Shown here one piece after another: positions 23,601-38,147 of a stretch of 64,000 bases of DNA. Positions within the stretch are counted from its first letter, which is position 1, and each line of letters starts with the position of its first letter. The notes beneath the pieces are model-generated. The model was not told the origin of the DNA. It made no database searches and saw nothing but the letters and a program-made list of their open reading frames with translations. Source of the stretch: Azolla caroliniana (Eukaryota; Plantae; Polypodiophyta); NCBI GenBank assembly GCA_043228905.1, contig JBHGNT010000006.1, forward strand, positions 12,772,001 to 12,836,000, given 5' to 3'. The translations under genes and the position numbers were made by a program.

Positions 23601-26600
23601 GTCCGGTCGGGTGATGGTTAGATAGATAAGGCTTCTGACTATTTGTCGGAACCTTTTCGGGTTGCAGGCTATTCCGGAGTGGGGGCGAAGCTTCACATTC
23701 CGGTCCAGAGGAGTCGAGACGGATTTGCATTCCGTCATACTGAATATGAATAGCTGCAAGACGGATTTACTTCTGTGGTGTGGATCACTTTGATCCCGAG
23801 GATGTAATCAAGGTCTCCTAGATCCTTCAACTCAAATGATGCTGCAAGCTGGGATTTGACGTGGTTGATTTTGTCCAGGTCGGCTTCGGCGATGAATAAA
23901 TCATCAACATGAAGTAAAATACTAACCGGCCTGTTCCAGCCTTGCCGGATGAAGAGTGAATAGTCTGACTTTGACGTGGCAAACCCCATCCAACGCAGTC
24001 TTTGCGTGATCTTCGCGTTCCAGGCACGCGAGGCTTGCTTTAGTCCGTAAAGGGACTTCTTCAATCAGCATACCGCCGATGTGTTCACTGCAGACTAAAA
24101 TGCAAGGGTTGAACCATATACACGTGCTCCTGAAGATCACCTTGCATGAACACGTTCTTTATATTCATTTGATGTAGATGCCACCCTTTCGCTGCTGCCA
24201 CTGCAAGCAAAACACGAACATTCGTCATATACTCGACCAACGTGAATGTCTCATTGTAGTCAATGTCATGCTGCTACGCGTAGCCCTTTGCCACTAACCG
24301 GGCCTTGTACCTATTGACGGAGCCGTCGGTGTTGTATTTGACCTTGAATACCGACTGACAACTGATCGGCTTCACTCCTTCGGTACATCCACTAAATCCC
24401 ACGTCTCCTTTTTAGTGAGTGAGTGCATCTCTTCCTCCATAGCAGCACACCAATTTGTGTCCTTCGCCATATATGCATAATGATGAGCCATGTACTCATT
24501 ATACCTGTACCTCTTCACGGGGTTCTTCTGGTAGGTGGATCGGCGCAATTCCTGATTCGCCGATTTCGTGGCCTTCTCAGTTGACTCCAACCTCTTCCTC
24601 AGAGGTTTCTTTTCGGTCGAGCCAGAGTCGGAATCGCTTCGATCCGACTCAGCTCTGCCGGTGTAATACTCCGGTATCTTCTTCTTCCCCTTGTCTTTGC
24701 CTGTGAACCGTCTCCTTGGTTCCTTGTGTAGGGAGCACACAAGCGTGTCTTTACTACTCGATGGCTCTTCATCCAGTTGACCACTCCGACTCAACCAATC
24801 TGGATTCGGTCCACTCATTCTTCGAACTATGCAGCTGATCACATTCCGCGACACTTCTTTATGTTTTGGTTTTGATCGGATCATCAACAACAATTGGCTC
24901 AAGTTCGGGTGGAGAGAAGTACCAGGATTTCGATTCATCAAAAGCAACATCTCGGCTAACTCGGACCGTGTTCGATCGGGGGTTATAACAGTTATAACCC
25001 TTCTGTTCATCCGAGTAGCCGACGAGAATGCATTTTTCAGCTTTCAAGTCTAACTTCCTCCGTTTTTCTTTCGGTACCACATATGCAATGCTACCGAACA
25101 CCTAAAGGTGTGCCAAATTTGGCTTCCGCTCGAAGTACAGCTCGTGTGGCGACACCTTTGTCCCTAAGGGAAATATCCGGTTTTGGATGTAGACGATTGT
25201 CTGAATTGCTTCGGCCCAAGAAAACTTGGGTAGGCTTTTCTCCTCAAGCATCACCATTGCCGCTTCTACCGACCTCTTGTTCCAATGCTTGGCCACACCA
25301 TTCTGCTCGGTGTGTAACTGCAGGAGAATTCCCCACAGATTCCCTTCATCTGCAGATAACTTGTGAACTGGTCGGAAAAGTGCTCTTTTCCGCCATCCGA
25401 TCTCAGACACTTGATCTTCCTTTCGGTCTCGTGTTCGACAAGGTTCATCAAATCCTTGAAACACAAGAAGAATTCCCTTTTCTTCTCGATTAGATAGATC
25501 CAAGTGTGCCGGGTGAAATCGTCGATGAAGGAGACGAAATATCGACTCCCACCGATGCTCACATTTTGTGCCGGTCCCCACACATCCAAATGCATGTGAT
25601 AAAGCCGATTCCGGTTCCGATTCTTCTCGTTGGGGAATGGAAGCCTATGCTGCTTCCCGAGTTGACAAGCTTCATATATTTGGCCTTTCCAGCCACTGAA
25701 CTTTGGCAGTCCGGAAACTACGCGTTCCGACTGCAACTCCTAAAGCTTTCGGAAGTTGATGTGGCTGATGCGCTAATGCCACAGGTCGATGTCTGACTCG
25801 ACATTTTTTCCTTTTGCAAACATAGCAGTGCCAACATCATTCGTCTCGAGGATAAACATCCTCCCATCTCAGCACCCTTGCGTGATGATCCAGCCCTCTT
25901 CCTCAATGAACCACCGGAGATGCGTAAATCGCACCTACATCCCCTGGTCGACGATCTGACCGGCCGACACCAGGTTCTTCGTAATTGTTGGGACATGTAA
26001 GACGTTCATCAACTTTCCCTTTTGTCCCACATGACTTAAAGGAACTTCTCCAACATGCACTATCGGGTGCGGAGTGCCGTCTCCGGTTTTGACAACTCTG
26101 GGTTGCTCCGGCTTTTCCAGAAACGAGCACCACTCTTCGTGGCTCGTCATGTGGTTTGATGTTCCAAAGTCAACGTACCACATTTCCCCCAACCTGGAAG
26201 TGTTCTTCTTCATTGAGTTCGCCTTGTATTTCATCACAAAGGTCGGCCCCTTTCCGGTCGTACCGGTTATGGATCCTTCCGATCCTTCAACGTAGTGCGA
26301 GCTTTGCCGGTTTTGCTCGATCCTTCTTGCAGGATCCGGATTTGTCCAAATTGGCGCGCTTCTTCCAGCACTCGCCCTCTCTGTGGCCCTTCTGGCCACA
26401 ATACCAACATTTCGTTGCAGACTTCTCTAGCCTGTTTTCGGCGCCGCTTGGACTCCCTTGCTTCTAGAGGGTCCGCAACTGTTCCTTCTGTTCAGTTCTT
26501 GTTGGCCGCTTCCACTATGAGCCGATCTGCCTCGTCTGCCATGACCACAGGGACGATTCTTCTCCGTGTACAACATCTTGATGTTGATGGGTGTGCTTGT

Positions 26601-26938
26601 TGACGCACCCACGTGATTCTCCTCTACTAGGAGCATCGACTGTAAGTCGAAAAATGAGGACGTATTCTCCGTTGTACAGACCACCGTTTGGAATGCTCCG
26701 AACTTTGATGCCATGCCCCCGAAATAAACGTACACCATCTCATCTTCCTCGGTGGTTACGTTGATAGAGGCAAGTGAGTCGTAGATGTCTTTCATCTGGG
26801 TCGTGTATTCAGCCACTGACAAGTCCCTCTTTCGGACATTGCTCAACTCTTGTCAGAGTTGCAGCTTCAGGGCTGTGGTGCTTGAAGCGAAAACCTTTTT
26901 CAAGTTTCCCCAAGCTTCTTTCAGCATCTTGGCGTTCC
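20633..26938 (-). mobile_element. Ty1/copia element A (Bryco/RLC5-like); 3' LTR 20633-21044; 5' end cut by the Gypsy at 26939; contains solo LTR 21303-22652
   Basis: PPT TTGAGGGGGAG next to LTR; gag, WYVDFGTSNHM, integrase (DVWGP, FIDDFTR, LRSDGGKE), RT, RNase H; LTR homologous to elements B and C. Confidence 0.9.
21303..22652 (-). mobile_element. Solo LTR (1350 bp), same family as LTRs at 44504 and 47324, with CCGGTT-rich minisatellite
   Basis: TGTCGCG...CACGACA ends; 4-bp TSD ACGG. Confidence 0.9.
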
Positions 26939-29900
26939 TGTTGTCCGCCGTAAGAGGACAAACGTAAATAAAGCATGATAGAGAAGTGTATTAATTATAA
27001 TAGAAGCGTTGAAGTAACGCATCTAACGGTTCACGCAGGAAGCGTAACCGACTAGGCCCCATGTATATAAAGGGCATATGAACATTGTAAAGAACTAGCG
27101 CAATACTCAGCACAATTGTTTAATATAGTTTTTGTCTTCTCTGAGTTTTGTCTCTTATCTCTTGTCACTTCTCTGTTGTCTTTGTGTGACTGTATAAGTG
27201 TAAGCGTGTAAGGTGAATACGTGTTGTGTGGTTACGCACATAAGGTGCTCGGTTGTAGTCGTCTCCAGTTTTACACCTTTAGTAAACACGTTCTAAGTCA
27301 CTACGTTCCACGTGCTACGCAAATTCCTACCATGTACCACAATCACCTTGATACCTAACCCCGAAGGACTGAGGGTAGCCGAGCAGCAAGGAATGGATGT
27401 CTAGCCACCGACATAATAGAGAACCCACTTGACACGATTTACCACTCACTAGGACAATCACCTGATAGACAGAAGAACGCGCTACGCGAAAACCTCGCCT
27501 TAATGACTGCGCCCCTTCTCCCCTGGAGTATATGGTAGAATCCATGCTCACGAAGAAAAACGGCATCGGGCAGGAAGCCCTATCGCCACCAGATCAAGCT
27601 AGTGTTACAAAGTCTCACAAAAAGCCTCACCCCGATAGCAGCAATAGTCCCTTTCCCAGCACAACCGTCGCAACCAGCATGGCTTTCTCGTACCCTTGTT
27701 TCAATGGCAAAACCGACGCCGTGAGCCACATTCAGTCATTTGGAATGGTAATCACATGGCACAACGACTTCCAGAGGCAGAAGCGCACACATCAAAGATC
27801 GCCGAGTTCGGGATAACCTTGCATGACTGCGCTGCTCGCAGGCATTCCCAGCTTGATATCATGTCGTTCGCGACGTTTAACCAGCTTCAATCGTCATTTT
27901 TGCGATTCTTCCATCGGAGTGTCCTTGAGCATGAGATTATTGGCCAATTTTACACCATCAAACAATTTCTGAAAGAGTCTGTAGCTAATTTCAGTCTGCG
28001 ATTTCACAGCCTACGGTGTCAACTCACATGCGCTTTGACGGAGGACGAGGCTAAGGACACATTTTTGGCGGCATTACGATGACCCCTCGGGACTACCTTG
28101 ACTCCACAAAATGTGAAGGACGAGATGGCGGACATGGTTATCAAGCGGGCATTACAACTCGAACTAGAAGACGAGGATGAAGGATTGTCCATGGCCTCAC
28201 TTCGACAGGCATTTCCTCAGGATGAGGAATATTGGTTCCGTCAGGCCATTCAATGCACAATTTGCTTGAAATTCGGGCACTCCGTGGTGGATTGTAACAT
28301 GCGGATACATTGCTCCATTTGCCATTCACGGGCAGATACAATGGACCAGTGCGAATATAATATGCTAAATAGGGCCATGCCGACAGTTCGCCGTATTGAA
28401 CCACAACGACAATACCGCCGAAAAGACCAAGGCCATCCGAAAGAGCGTTACCGTAATACGGAACGTAACCAACGTGCGGAAAGGCCGTACCATCACTGCT
28501 GCAACAAGGATACTGAGTCAGATGAAGAAGATTAGGAAGAAGAAGAGTATCAGAGCAATGACTGTTACAAGCGGGAGGGGGCAATGACCAACAATCGTGG
28601 CGGATAGGCCGGACCCCGGCACTAGGCACGAGATCAACGTCGTTACGAGGGAAGTTTTGAGGATGAACGGTGCCAAGAGCCTCATCGGGAATATCGCCAG
28701 GAACCCCGTTATCACAAACGATTTCAGTAAACACAGGAAGAGCAATCCGCACCTATAGACACCACCGCAACTCCAATATTGGAGAAAGGCAAATCCAGTG
28801 TACATTGTTTCGTATGCCAACAACCAGGCCACTACGCGACGAAATGTCCGCAACGCAATAAAGGCAAGGAACCAGCCGTGAACATCATCACAACGGATGT
28901 CTAGTAGGTCACAACACGTAGTCAGGTGAAAAACACAGAATGGGCAGAACAAGATGACATACGCAAAGCGGCCCAGGCTTGGGTAGAGAAAGCAAACGAG
29001 ACTAACACGGATCGGATGAGGAAAGAATTAGTGAGCGCCACCACACAAATCAAAGAGAAGACATTATCGCCAGACTTGATATGGCAAGCACTAGCGGACT
29101 ACGAAATCACGTTGACCAAGGATAAGCTATTACTACTAGTTCCACGATTCCGATAGGTAGAGAATCGCATACGGGGCACCACCGACTCGGAAGTCTCGGC
29201 TAATTATACAGAGTCCAATACCAGTCCAACAGTGGTAAATCACCATAACCCAGCCATCAAAGTGGTACTACAAGGCCAAGAAATAGCGGGATGCATCGTC
29301 GATGGTGGATCCGGCGTAAATGTGATTAGTAAAACCACTTGTAATCGGTTGGGCATTACAGACTGGAAAGTATGCCCGTTCTAGCTCCGAATAGCAAACA
29401 CTCGCTCTGTCATACCGCTAGGGTTAATTCGGAATCTAGGCATTGTAGTCGGTGGCCATCACTTTGAGATCTCTACGGTCGTGCTCGCTCTGGGCACCCT
29501 AGGGGTGTACCTAGTTTTGTTAGGCAAACCATGGCTATAGTATGCTAATATCAAGCAGAATTGGTAGCATAACTGCATCAGCTTCTGACGCCAACGAAGC
29601 AAGGTCCGCACACCTATGCAGGAAACATCCGCACTGACCAAAGCTATAACACCACTGTACGCAGAAGAAATTAATATGCTCAAAGGACTCGAGGATATAG
29701 AGCTCGAAACGTACCTCGATGAAAATCTGCGGATAATATCACTATTCAAAATCTACATTATTGAGGCCGCTAGTGAGTATGCCCCAACAAATACGCAACA
29801 GAGCACGAGAAGCATTCCTGGAAGAGATGGAAATCTCGCTAAGGGTTACCGCATCGGCTTTGGAGGAGATTAATGTCGGAATCACGGAAGTCCCACGACT

Positions 29901-30216
29901 ACTATCAATTGCTAAGGACCTGATGCCGAGTGAGAAAACGGCCATGACGGAGTTGCGCCGAGAATTTAAAGATTTCTTCGCATGGTCACATGTACACATG
30001 AAAGGGCTTGACCCAAAATTCTATCAACACAAAATTAACTTGGCCACAGATGCGAAACCCGTTCAGAAGAGACGTTATCATGTGAACCCAAATTACGCAG
30101 CCCATGTAAAAGAAGAATTTGACAAGCTCTTGAAAGCAGGGTTCATCCAACTAGTTAAACAAGCAACATGGTTTTGTCCAATAGTGGTGGTGCTAAAGAA
30201 AAATGGGAAAATACGT
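26939..30216 (+). mobile_element. Non-chromovirus Ty3/gypsy, 5' half (LTR from 26939, gag, protease, RT start)
   Basis: TGTTGTCCGCC LTR start (as at 55292 on -), MAFSYPCFNG gag, CIVDGGSGVN protease, WFCPIVVVLKKNGKIR cut by an LTR at 30217. Confidence 0.88.
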
Positions 30217-31840
30217 TGTCGTGCCTTTCGGTGCCGGATTGTTGCGTGAGTCGAGTGGCAATTGATGGGGTTTTGGACTAGGAGGAGGAAGAATTTGAGA
30301 AGAGTTTAGTTATGAATATATTATAAGAAAGAGAGATATAAATTCATGAATCCCACGAATATAGTTTTTTAGTTTTGTTAATATTTAACCCTAATTATAC
30401 TCTGGAATAGATTGGAATCAATAGGAATAGATTGGAAAAGAGAAATCTAAAACCTCGTGAATCCCACGAGTATTGTACTAATCAATATTTAGACCCTAAT
30501 AATCACCCCATAATTTATTTATTTACTTTTCCCCCTTATTACATTGTGCTCCACATCCTTATATAGTGATGAGAGAGTCTTAGCAATCCATTCTTTTTCT
30601 CTAACTATAGACTATATGCTTTCTCTAACATGTTTTTTCTAAAAGTGATCATGCTTTTTCTAACCTCGTGCATTTTTTATCGACTATATTGTTCATGCAT
30701 GCTAAATGTGCGTGTGTAGCTTTTTTTTTCTGTCGTGTTTTTCTTCTAACTAAAGCTTTTTCCTAGAAAATATCCATGAAATAACCTTTCTATGTGGGAT
30801 ATCTACTTTTTTAACACTCATGATGTGTTAGTGTAATGGTAAGGCTTCAAATTATTAACATGGAGTTACAACATTTGAATCTTACCCTATGCATGTAATA
30901 TACATTTTAATATTTTCTTCTATTTCTTCATGTTCATTGAATCTAGTACTCTATACGTTTTTCACGTAGTGTAAGAAATACACTACGACAGTCACCCCCT
31001 CTGAAACTGCACATCCTCCGTATGTGATGAAATTGTTGGAGCTCATTATTCTCCATCATCTGTAATATCCTGTGTTTCTCTCACAATGTTGACTTTGTCT
31101 CTCCATTTTGAGCACGTCCATTCCTTCCACCCGAAACATTGTCGCCATCCGATCCACCATATTCTTCGTTCACTCTTTGCATGGCCATGACTAGTTGTTA
31201 TGATTCCTTGTGCTCCCCTTGAGCATAACCCTTCATGTCTCGTGCTTGTGCCACCTTAGTTCCGACTGTCTCCTTGGTCAAGACACTCCGCAGTCGTCCA
31301 CCTTCGTTGTACAATCTCGTGTTAGATTGGACAATCTTCATGTTAGAGCCCTCCTTCTTTATCGAGATCTCATCCTAGGTAACACCCTTCAAATCCGCTT
31401 GGCCCTTGTCGTTTGTGGTAGTGTGCCTACTTGGCCTCTTCCTCGTGTTCATCGGCCTCGATTGGTTCGACGTCCGGTTGAGTTGTATTAGCTTCTTTCT
31501 GGATCGATCTTGTCTAATTGGCTTTCGGCCATCCGTATTTGCGTTTGGCTTAATCAGACTCGGTTGATCGGTTTCGACCGAGTCGGCCCCCTTCTAGGTC
31601 AGGTTCGACCCATCGGTTTCGGTATGGGTTGACTTTCTTTTCTTCGTGTTCACCGGATTCGACCGGTTCGACTTTCGGCTGGACTGGATTAACTTTTGTC
31701 CCGATCGGTCTCCTCTAATTGGCTTCCAAGTGGAAGGATTTCCGTACGGGTCGGTCTCGACCGATCAAATTTCGGCTGAATCCATTTTGGCTTGGTATGA
31801 CTTTCATTTAGATCGGATTTTCGGACGGATCATCTTCCAT
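30217..31840 (-). mobile_element. 3' LTR (30217-30990) plus internal remnant of a TGTCG..CGACA-type LTR element
   Basis: LTR homologous to solo LTR 61490-62208; PPT CAGAGGGGGTGAC adjacent at 30991-31003; outer flank ACGT. Confidence 0.8.
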
Positions 31841-32659
31841 CAAGCCCAACCGGAATAAAAAGGCCAAGACCTGGACGTGGTCCGATGTGGTGAAGGGCCT
31901 GAAACCGGAAGGCGAGTTGGAGAACACCAACTCGGACAAGAGCTGGAATGAATCGAAGGGAACCGATTCAGTTCAAGATTAGGAGAAGCCAGATCAACTA
32001 AAGGCCAAACAGACACAGACACAATGGAAATTGGCGCCAACACGAAGGAACCGATGGGTCGACAAGCGCCGGAGTTGAGCAGACAAGCCGACCGAGGAGG
32101 TCGAAGTGTGTAGAACCAAAAGGGTCGCGGAAAACAGGATCAGACCAGACGAGGAGCACAAGCAAGGCAGAGCAACGCCAGAAGGAGCCGTGTAGAAGAA
32201 CCAGCTGCCACAGACACTAACACCACGATCCGACCTCAAGTTGAGCTTGAGGGGGAGTGTTGAGAGAGCAAGCTCAATCGAATCCGGATTGGTTAAATAA
32301 GCCTGAGCCGGATCGGCATCCGGAAGGATGAGCCAGATCGGTACCCGGAAAAAACCGGCCGGATCGGGGAGACGGATCAGAGAGCCAGATTCGAGTGGGA
32401 ATTGGAAGCCTAGTAGTAGCCTAGACTACTAGGTAATGATTGTCTCGTAGTTAGTGTTAGTCGCACGTATGAGCATTGAAGTACCTGTCAGTACTTCTGT
32501 TAGTACTTCTATCAGTCCTTTATGGACTTGTATAAATAGTGTTCTTTAGCACGTTTTATGTACAGAGTTTGTAAAAAGAATAACATGCGGAAGTAGTAAA
32601 AAACCGAACACAGAAACACAAGTTTAATGGAGAGCTTGAATATACACAGTACATGGGAG

Positions 32660-32700
<41 letters not shown>

Positions 32701-35700
32701 ATACACACAACTCAATTCAAAAAATAATACTCAGTCTATACATAGGATGTAATCAAGCCCATACAGACTGATAGAAGTACTAACACGTACTTCAATGCTC
32801 ATAACTGAGCTCTACACTAACTCCCGAAATATATTCCTATGCGGAATATCTTTTCAACGGCCTCGCGGTTTACACATCGCTACGGCTTCTCGTTGTGCAC
32901 CGGTCTACGCACCGGTTTACGCACCCGGTTTACGCACTGGTCTAGCCTAACCGATCCGGCCAATGTTGAGCTTGTATCTCAACACTCCCCCTCAAGCTCA
33001 ACTTGAGGTTCCATGCACTCTTCCAGATCTACACTCCGGTTCCTTCTGGCTTCACGCCTTGCTCGCGCTCCTCAACCTGTTCGATTCCTTCTCTTCCGCT
33101 TGGACCTCAGTTGATTCGGCGCATTTGAATCAAACATCCGAACCATATCGGCTTCCTCCGATCAGTTTTCTCTTTCGTTCAAGTTGGCTGTCTCCAACTC
33201 GTCTTCGGTCTTCTCCCCCTTGATGGCTTCATCTCCCCCACGCTTGGTTGGCTTCGGCTCTTTCTTTCAATTTCTCCCCTTATGTCCGCTTTCGGAATGT
33301 TCTGCGGATCTGCCCTCGACTTCTTTGGCAGATCCGAAATCTAATTCGTCATCCGACCTGGCGTCGCGGTCCTCCAGAACTTCTCTCCCCCTTCCGTGGT
33401 AATTCGGGACATCTCTCCCCCTCAAGTTCGGCACGTGGAGGTGACGCAACCCAAGTGCACCCGAGAATTGCTGCAACTTGTCCAGACCAAGAGGCTTGGT
33501 GAAGATGTCAGTGGTCTTCCGATCCGTCGGAACATACTGAAGTTTGACTTCACCGGAGAGGACATGCACACAGACGAAATGGTAGTGCACCTCAATGTGC
33601 TTAGTCCAGACGTGGAAGACGGGTTCTTTGCTAGCATGATGTTGTTGAGGTTGTCGCAGTAGATTGTTGTTGGATCGGATACTTCGACCTGCAGATCCTT
33701 AAGTAGCCGCTTCAACCATATGGCTTTGCATGTCGTGATAGCTGCTCCTCTAGACTCGGCTTCAATGCTCGACAACGCAACTGTCGGTTGCTTCTTGATA
33801 CTCCATGTGATCGTGGCACTCCCAAGAGAGAAAGTGAAACTGGATGTGGATCGGCGATCGGCGATGTTGCCGGCCTAGTTGGCATCGGTGTAGCAGACCA
33901 ACTACGGGGTTGTACCGATCCAATATAGTCGCCCCCGGTCCTTAGTGCTACTTACGTACCGCAGTACACGTTGCGCACACTGAAGGTGCTCCTTGGTAGG
34001 TCGCGCCATGAATTGACTAATCACCTCGACCGGGTAGTTGAGATCTAGTCGGGTGATGGTCAAGTATATAAGGCTTCCAACTCTCTGTCGGAACCTCGTC
34101 GGTTCGCATACCTTTCCGGAATCGGGGCAAAGCTTGATGGTTCTATCTAGACGAGTCGAGACGGACTTACAATCGGCCATCCCGAATTGGAAGAGCATAC
34201 TCAGCACGTAATGTTGTTGGCTGATCAGTACGCCTTCAGGGGTGCGGATCACTTTGATCCTGAGGAAGTAATGAAGGTCCCCCAGATCTGTCATGTCGAA
34301 TGATGCCGCATGCTCAAGCTTCACGTAGTAAATCTCACCAAGGTTGGCGCCGGTGATGACCAAGTCATCAACGTAAAGTAAAATGGTAACCGGCCCGAGT
34401 CGACCTTTCCGGATGAACAATGAGTAGTCCGATTTTGACGTCCCAAAGCCCATCCAACGCAATCGTTGCGTGATCTTCGTGTTCCAGGCACGTGGGGCTT
34501 GCTTTAGTCTGTAAAGGAACTTCTTTAACCAACACACCGCCGAGGTGTTCATTTCGAACTGAGTCCGGGGGGTTGTACCATGTATACCTGTTCCTCAAGC
34601 TCACCTTCCAGGAACGCATTCTTTACATCCATCTGATGTAAGTGCCACCCCTTCGCCGCAACAATTGTGAGCAAAGCGCAGATGGTCGTCATCTTTGCGA
34701 CCGGTGCAAACGTCTCATCGTAGTCGATGTCGTGTTGCTGTGCGTAGCCATTCGCTACTAACCAGGCCTTGTATTGGTTAACCGAGACGTTGGTGTTGTA
34801 CTTGATCTTGTACACCCACCTACATCTGATTGGCTTCACGCCTTTTGGTGCGTCAACCAGGTCCCAGGTTTCATTTTCCGCCAATACCGCGCATCTCTTC
34901 CTCCATTGCGGCACACCAATTCGCGTCCTTCGCTACTTCTACGTAGCTCTCCAGCTCACACACTTCCGCTACACAGGTCATGTACGCATAGTGATGTGCC
35001 ATGTACTCATTGTATCCGAACCGCGCAATAGGGTTCTTTTGGCAGGTAGATCGGCATAATTGCTCATAAGCCGATGTTGAGGCTTTCTTGGCCGACGCGG
35101 ACTTCGCTCTTGAAGACCCGTGATCACTTCCCTCGGAGTCAGACTCGTGTTGATCCGACTCGTTCCTATCCATGCCATAATCTGACACCTTCTTCTTCCC
35201 TTTCTCCTTGCGCGTAAGCCGTCTCCTCGGCTTCCTGCGTGGGGAATGCACGACCGAGTCTCCACTACTCGCCGGCTCTTCTTCGGACTGGTCAAACCAA
35301 CCCAGTCGCTCGTACGGTCCACTTAGCTGAAATGAGATCGGACTCTCATAGAGGGTCTTGATTTCGCAGTCATCCGGAGGCATTTCAGCCTCGTTGACCT
35401 CATCGTTAGAACTCGGGTCCGGAGATCTGGAGTTGGAGTTGAGGTCCGGAGTCGGAGGCAAGTACCAGGACGCGGACTAGTCAAACACAACATCGCAGCC
35501 AATGCAAGCTTGTTTGGTTTGGGGGTTATAACACTTATAACCCTTCTGGTTGTCCGAATAGCTGACTAAGATACATTTCTCAGCTTTCGCGTCCAACTTC
35601 CTCCGTGTCTCCTTCGGCACATGCACATACGCAATGCTATCTAAAACACTCAAGTGTTATAGATTCGACTTCCTTCCGAAATACAGCTCATGCGCTGACA

Positions 35701-37670
35701 CTTTGTCTCCGATCTGAGTCTAGATGAACACCGCGGTTCGTACCGCCTCAACCCAATAGAACTTGGGCAAGCTCTTTTCTTCTAGAATTGCCCGCGCTGC
35801 TTCTACAATCGACCGATTCTTCCTTTCGGCCACGCCGTTTTGCTCCGACGTATATTTGCAACTGAATTTGCGCTGAATTCCCATCTGTTGCAGATACCCG
35901 TTGAATTTACCGGAAAAGTACTATTTTCTGCCATTGGACCGCAGGCACTTGATCTTTCTTCCTGTTTCCCTTTAGACGAGACTCTTGAGGTCCCGGAAAC
36001 AGTCGAAGACTTCACTCTTCTTGTCAATGAGGTAGATGCACGTGTGCCACATATAGTCATCGATGAAGGAGACGAAATATCGACTACTGCTAAGACTGAC
36101 GTTCTATGCCGGCCCCCATACATCGGAATGTATCAAGTCGAGCTTGTTCCGACTCCGGGTACGCTCGTTAGGGAAAGGAAGTCGGTGTTGCTTCCCTAGA
36201 TGGCAGGCTTCACAAATTTGTACCTTCCGGCCACTAAATTTGGGTAATCCGAACACCACCTATTTCAATTGCAGGTCCTCAAGCCGTTGATAGTTGACGT
36301 GGCCTATCCGCTTGTGCCATAAGTCGATATCTGACTCGACTTTATCTCCTTTCGCGAACATTGTGGTGCCACCATCACTGGAGTCGAGGATAAACATCCT
36401 CCCATCTCTACGCCCTTGCGCAATAAGACGACATTCTTCCTCGATGAAGCACTCGAGATGTGTAAACCGAACCTGCATCCCCTGGTCGACGATCTGTCCG
36501 ACCGACACCAGGTTGTTTGTGATTGTTGGAACGTGTCACAAGTTCATGAGTTTCCCTTTCTGCCCGACATGGCTCAGGGGAACTTCACCGACATTCGCGA
36601 TCGGATGCGGAGTGTCGTGTCCGGTTGCGACTACCTCCGGTTGCATCGGTTTCTCAAGGTATGAGAACAACTCCTTGTGGCAGCTCATGTGGTTTGATGC
36701 GCCGAAGTTGACGTACCACAGCTCGTCCGATTTCGGGGTGGACTTCTTCATCAAGTTCGCTTCGTGTCTCGTCACGAAGACTGACCCTTTTTCGGCTTTT
36801 TCGGACCTTCGGGGTAGTGCGATCGTTGCCGATTTCCCTTGTCGGTTTGTCTGGAACCTGATCCAGATCCGGTCCTCTCCGAATCGGCGCATTTCTTCCA
36901 GCACTCGCTCTCCTTGCGGCCTTTCTTGCCACAATACCAGCATTCCACGACGGATTTCCCTTGTCGGTGCTCGTCGCCTTGACTCCCCTTGGTACACACA
37001 TCAATTCGGAACGCTCCGAACTTCGACGCCAATCCCCTGAGACAGATCTGCACCATCTTGCTTTCCTTGACGTTCACATTGATAGAGGCTAAGGCATCGC
37101 ATATCTCTTTGATCGTCGAGGTGTAATCAGCCACCGACAAGTCGCGTTGTCGTAAGTTGCTCAGCTCCTATCATAGTTGAAGCTTCCTAGCTATGGTGCT
37201 TCTAGCGAAAATCTTCTTCAGATTTCCCCAAGCATCTTTCGGCATTTTTGCATCCCGAATGTAGCTTAGAAGTTGTTCGCCCACACAAGACGTGAAGCAA
37301 TAGAGGACTCTACTCGCCGACTGTTCCCACGCTGGGAAATCTCTGTATGTTGAATGGCTACTGTGTCATTTGCTCCTTTGACGTAGCTCCAGTAACCGTG
37401 CCCGATCAGGTACTAGTGCATCTTGTAAGACCAAGACGCATAGTTGTTCATGTCAAGATTCTCTGTTGGAAGCGATCTAGCCATGCCTCTATCCATTTTG
37501 TTTTTCCTGTTCGTTACGAAGGTTAGGTTTTCTTCTTTGAGCTAAAGTTGGCTATAGAGGTTCTCAACCCTTGTGCTCTAATACCATGTAAAAAGAATAG
37601 TGGGCGGAAGCAATAGAAAACTGAACACAAAAACGCAAGTTTAATGGAGAGCTTGAATATACACAGTACG

Positions 37671-37711
<41 letters not shown>

Positions 37712-38147
37712 ATACACACAACTCAATTCAAAAATTAATACTCAGTCTGTACATAGGATGTGCTCAGTGAGCACTTTTATACAAGTCCATAGGGACTGAT
37801 AGAAGTACTGACATGTACTTCAATGCTCATAACTAAGCTTTACACTAACTCCCAAAATATATTCCTACGCGGAATATCTTTCCAACGGCCTCGCGGTTTA
37901 CGCACCGCTACGGCTTCTCATTGCGCACCGGTTTACGCACCAATCCGGCCTAACCGATCTCAACCGATCCGGGCAATGTTGAGCTTGTATCTCAATAGAG
38001 TTTTTAGAGTTATTTTTGAATGTAGTCTATGTTCTACTCTCTCTGTCTCTCCCGTATATACTCTCTCTGTTAAGCTTCTCCATTGAACCTTCATCTCATT
38101 TACTGTTACTATCCGGCTGAGCCGATTCTTGCTAACGCTTCCACACA
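31841..38147 (+). mobile_element. 3' remnant of a Copia of the A/B/C family; 3' LTR starts at 32258 and is split by element B (resumes at 38003)
   Basis: PPT TTGAGGGGGAG then TGTTGAGA; reverse-complement similarity to 20633-21300. Confidence 0.8.
32570..37997 (-). mobile_element. Full-length degenerate Ty1/copia element B (5.4 kb); LTRs 32570-32984 and 37587-37997
   Basis: TSD GAGTT, PBS TGGTATTAGAGC ending at 37586, PPT, gag-PR-INT-RT-RH order, (GA)n in LTRs. Confidence 0.95.

Noticed and set aside
32665-32697. (GA)n microsatellites here and at ~37673-37707
   Set aside because: Ordinary component of the Copia LTRs
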